Shown here piece by piece: positions 61,846 to 64,000 of a stretch of DNA of 64,000 nucleotides (the stretch's first letter is position 1; every line of letters starts with the position of its first letter). The DNA comes from an uncultured Nitrospiraceae bacterium (lineage in GTDB: Bacteria; Nitrospirota; Nitrospiria; Nitrospirales; Nitrospiraceae): contig CAWJWJ010000001.1 of the NCBI GenBank assembly GCA_963846575.1, positions 448,001 through 512,000 of the forward strand. Direction: 5' to 3'. The position numbers and the translations under genes were made by a program. The notes under the pieces were generated by a model. It searched no databases. It was not told where the DNA came from and saw nothing but the letters and a program-made list of their open reading frames with translations.

Positions 61846-61875
61846 ACCTTAGCACGCTGTTTTCCGGGAAGGCAA
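61846..61875 (-). promoter_or_regulatory. Promoter of the AP-like/HEAT operon
   Basis: TTGCCT-N18-TAAGGT, spacer ending in TGC (extended -10). Confidence 0.5.
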
Positions 61876-61980
61876 GGCGCTGATCTGCCCGAAAATGGCG
61901 TCCCTGCGAGATCGATGCTATCCTGACAGAGTCGGTACCCATGCTAACCGGCAACGGCCAGGTCTGTAGGGAAGAGGCCC

Positions 61981-63240
61981 ATGCGTATAGAGGGTGATCT
62001 CAGTCGAGCCCGGCTCACGTCCCCCACGTTTCCTTGCAGCCGCGTGGCCCGTTTTCTGATTGGTGCATTCACGCTCAGCCTGGCCATGATGTTCGCCTGT
62101 CCGGATCCGAGCCAGGCCGATGTGCGCGTCGTGACGGGATCGGGTGCTCATCGGATGAGCGATCGAGAGACTAAAGCAGATGCCGTCCGACTCGCCTCGG
62201 AGCAGGCCAAGAAGCAGGCGCTGGAACAGGTCGCTTCCTACCTGGAGAGTGTGACGGTGGTGCGTGATCTGGACATCACCCAGGATGAAATTCGCAGTTA
62301 TACCGCCGGCATGGTGTTGGTTCTTGATCAACAGGTGCGAACTGAGCTCGATGGAGAAATTATCGTCATTGTTGTCGAACTGACTGTGCAAGTAGACACC
62401 GATGAAGTTGCCCGGGCCATTGACGCGCTGAGGCAGAACGAGGACGCGAGAGAGCAATTACTTGCGCTGAGACAGGATGTGGATCACTTGCAGCAGAAGC
62501 TCGAGGCAGCCAACGGGGCGCTCGCGGCGGCCACATCACCCGAACAGGCTCAACAACTGACTGACGAGCGGAATGTCCTGCTCGATCGCGCGCAGTCCGA
62601 TGCGATGGTGGCGCAAGCCTGGACCGACTGGGTCCTGCTTGCGCCGATCCTGCAATCCTCTCCATCGACCGGTCTCGCGCAGGTGCATGCGCTGCTCGCC
62701 TTTGCCAGCCGGTTGAGCCCCCACAACCCCCACCTCGCCATCGCGCAACAGACCGTGGGAGCCAAATCGCCCCCGGCGCCGCCTCAGCCCCGCCGGCCCC
62801 CCGTTCCGCATACCGTCCCCTTTCTGCCGGGATATGCCGTCACGCCCCAACAGCCTGGTCAACCTGACTCGACACCGTTGACGAGCTCCCAGCGGCAGCC
62901 GAACATCTATCAGCTCAACCCACTGTCGCCTACAGCGTCGGGACAGCCCGCGCAAACAGGACGTATGCCGACGATCCTCCAGGCGCCCGCGCAACCGGGC
63001 CGATCCCTGCAGAACTCGAGTCGAGGAATGATGCCGACCTATCGACAAGTCCCGCCGCCGAACGGTCGCCCGGCTCCCCTGACGCTGCACACCTATCAGG
63101 CTGGGAGCGAGAAGGTCCCTTCGTCCGCACCCCGACCGTCAGTCGTTTCACCCGGAATTTCGCCACCTGCCTCTCAGCGGGTCCCACGGACCCGTCTGCC
63201 AGGTGCGCGCGATACGGCGACAACAGAGGAGGGGAAATAA
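61981..63240 (+). CDS. Exported protein with an LPP20/FlgT-N-like domain, coiled coil and Pro/Gln-rich tail
   Basis: Signal ending SQA|D; GSGAHRM...AVRLASEQAKKQALEQVASYLESVT; heptad region; low-complexity C-terminus. Confidence 0.72.
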   Translation: MRIEGDLSRARLTSPTFPCSRVARFLIGAFTLSLAMMFACPDPSQADVRVVTGSGAHRMSDRETKADAVRLASEQAKKQALEQVASYLESVTVVRDLDITQDEIRSYTAGMVLVLDQQVRTELDGEIIVIVVELTVQVDTDEVARAIDALRQNEDAREQLLALRQDVDHLQQKLEAANGALAAATSPEQAQQLTDERNVLLDRAQSDAMVAQAWTDWVLLAPILQSSPSTGLAQVHALLAFASRLSPHNPHLAIAQQTVGAKSPPAPPQPRRPPVPHTVPFLPGYAVTPQQPGQPDSTPLTSSQRQPNIYQLNPLSPTASGQPAQTGRMPTILQAPAQPGRSLQNSSRGMMPTYRQVPPPNGRPAPLTLHTYQAGSEKVPSSAPRPSVVSPGISPPASQRVPRTRLPGARDTATTEEGK

Positions 63241-63242
63241 AG

Positions 63243-63803
63243 ATGGCACTGCGTTCGGACCGCATTCGCGCCGGCGGATGGCTCCTCTGCGCCCTGCTGA
63301 TCGCACCGCCCGCAATGGCGGCAGACATGGCCATGCCTGACGTTCGCGATCACGCCGACCAGACCTTCCAAGAACTCCACCGGGGGGAGCGAACTCTCTC
63401 CCCGGCGCCAAGAACCTCTCCGCCGTCCGAGCAGGCGCATCCCTACGACGCCGAACGGGATCTGATCGGACAGGGTCAGGGTGATCTCAGTAAAGGCAAA
63501 CTGGTCTGTCAACGCGTGTCCGAGCTGGCCGCCCGAGCGGACATTGCCAAACAAATCCGGGTACTGGTAAAGGAGCACGCGATCGACCGCGTACGTGAAC
63601 GAACCGGTCGGGAAGTCGAGCAGGACATCGAGGTCGTGCGCGAAGAGATAGTTCAAGAATACCTGCAGGGGGTCACCATCGTTGACCGCCGCACCGACGA
63701 AGAAGCCAAGACCTGTTCTGCCGTGGCCGTGATGCCGAAACGTCGCCCGGTTTCGAATCCTCCGCAGGAACTGCCCGCCCCCGATTCGGCTGCACGCCGG
63801 TAA
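63243..63803 (+). CDS. Exported LPP20-like protein
   Basis: Signal ending AMA|A; LIGQGQG...SELAARADIAKQIRVLV...LQGVTIVD...SAVAVM. Confidence 0.72.
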   Translation: MALRSDRIRAGGWLLCALLIAPPAMAADMAMPDVRDHADQTFQELHRGERTLSPAPRTSPPSEQAHPYDAERDLIGQGQGDLSKGKLVCQRVSELAARADIAKQIRVLVKEHAIDRVRERTGREVEQDIEVVREEIVQEYLQGVTIVDRRTDEEAKTCSAVAVMPKRRPVSNPPQELPAPDSAARR

Positions 63804-63872
63804 GCCTGTGCCGCGGAATCATCTGTCTCTCCATTGAACTTCGCGCTCCGTTTCGGGTAAGACAATCTTCCC

Positions 63873-64000
63873 ATGCCCATCGAGAACAATTTCCAGCACG
63901 ACGAACTCTCCCGTAAAAATCCCGGCGACCGGCTCGCTTATGCGGATTGGACGACGCCCCCCGACTCGGACTCTCCGGCCTGGCAGGAAGCGATGAGCCA
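63873..64000 (+). CDS. Possible 5' end of a hypothetical protein running off the window
   Basis: Open frame from ATG 63873 (MPIENNFQHDELSRKNPGDRLAYADW...) to the window end; no obvious RBS. Confidence 0.4.
   Translation, partial: MPIENNFQHDELSRKNPGDRLAYADWTTPPDSDSPAWQEAMS

Overview
64 kb of bacterial chromosome, about 60% GC by eye. Gene content, gene order and protein character resemble Nitrospira (Nitrospirota); this is an inference, not a database result. Left to right: (1) a partial phoH; (2) two consecutive minus-strand type IV pilus accessory modules: set 1 is fimT-pilV-pilW-pilX-small exported protein-pilY1-Ig lipoprotein behind a complete sigma54/IHF/UAS promoter, and set 2 is fimT-pilV-pilW-giant pilX-pilB-like ATPase downstream of pilD; pilY1 and its upstream neighbour are broken by six single-base insertions; (3) housekeeping genes: solo LuxR, rlmB, cysS, dedA, surE, tRNA-Pro(GGG), merR, ihfA, the aminotransferase-hom-thrC-apgM-lysC-cimA operon, pdxJ-nnr-tsaE-lapA-mutS and the rimP-nusA-infB-DUF503-rbfA-truB-rpsO-pnp-M16 peptidase operon; (4) two uncharacterised exported paralogues with a strong promoter and a long leader (35.6-37.1 kb); (5) an unusual region (48-62 kb) with a catalytically dead alkaline-phosphatase-fold protein heading five tandem HEAT-repeat genes, a nitrosocyanin-like cupredoxin, a Rieske ferredoxin, degenerate I42/chagasin and DUF192 proteins, a CBS protein and a membrane-fused spermidine synthase, some sharing promoter or RBS signatures. 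Region 5 is the best candidate for an undescribed system. No mobile elements, CRISPR arrays or rRNA were seen.
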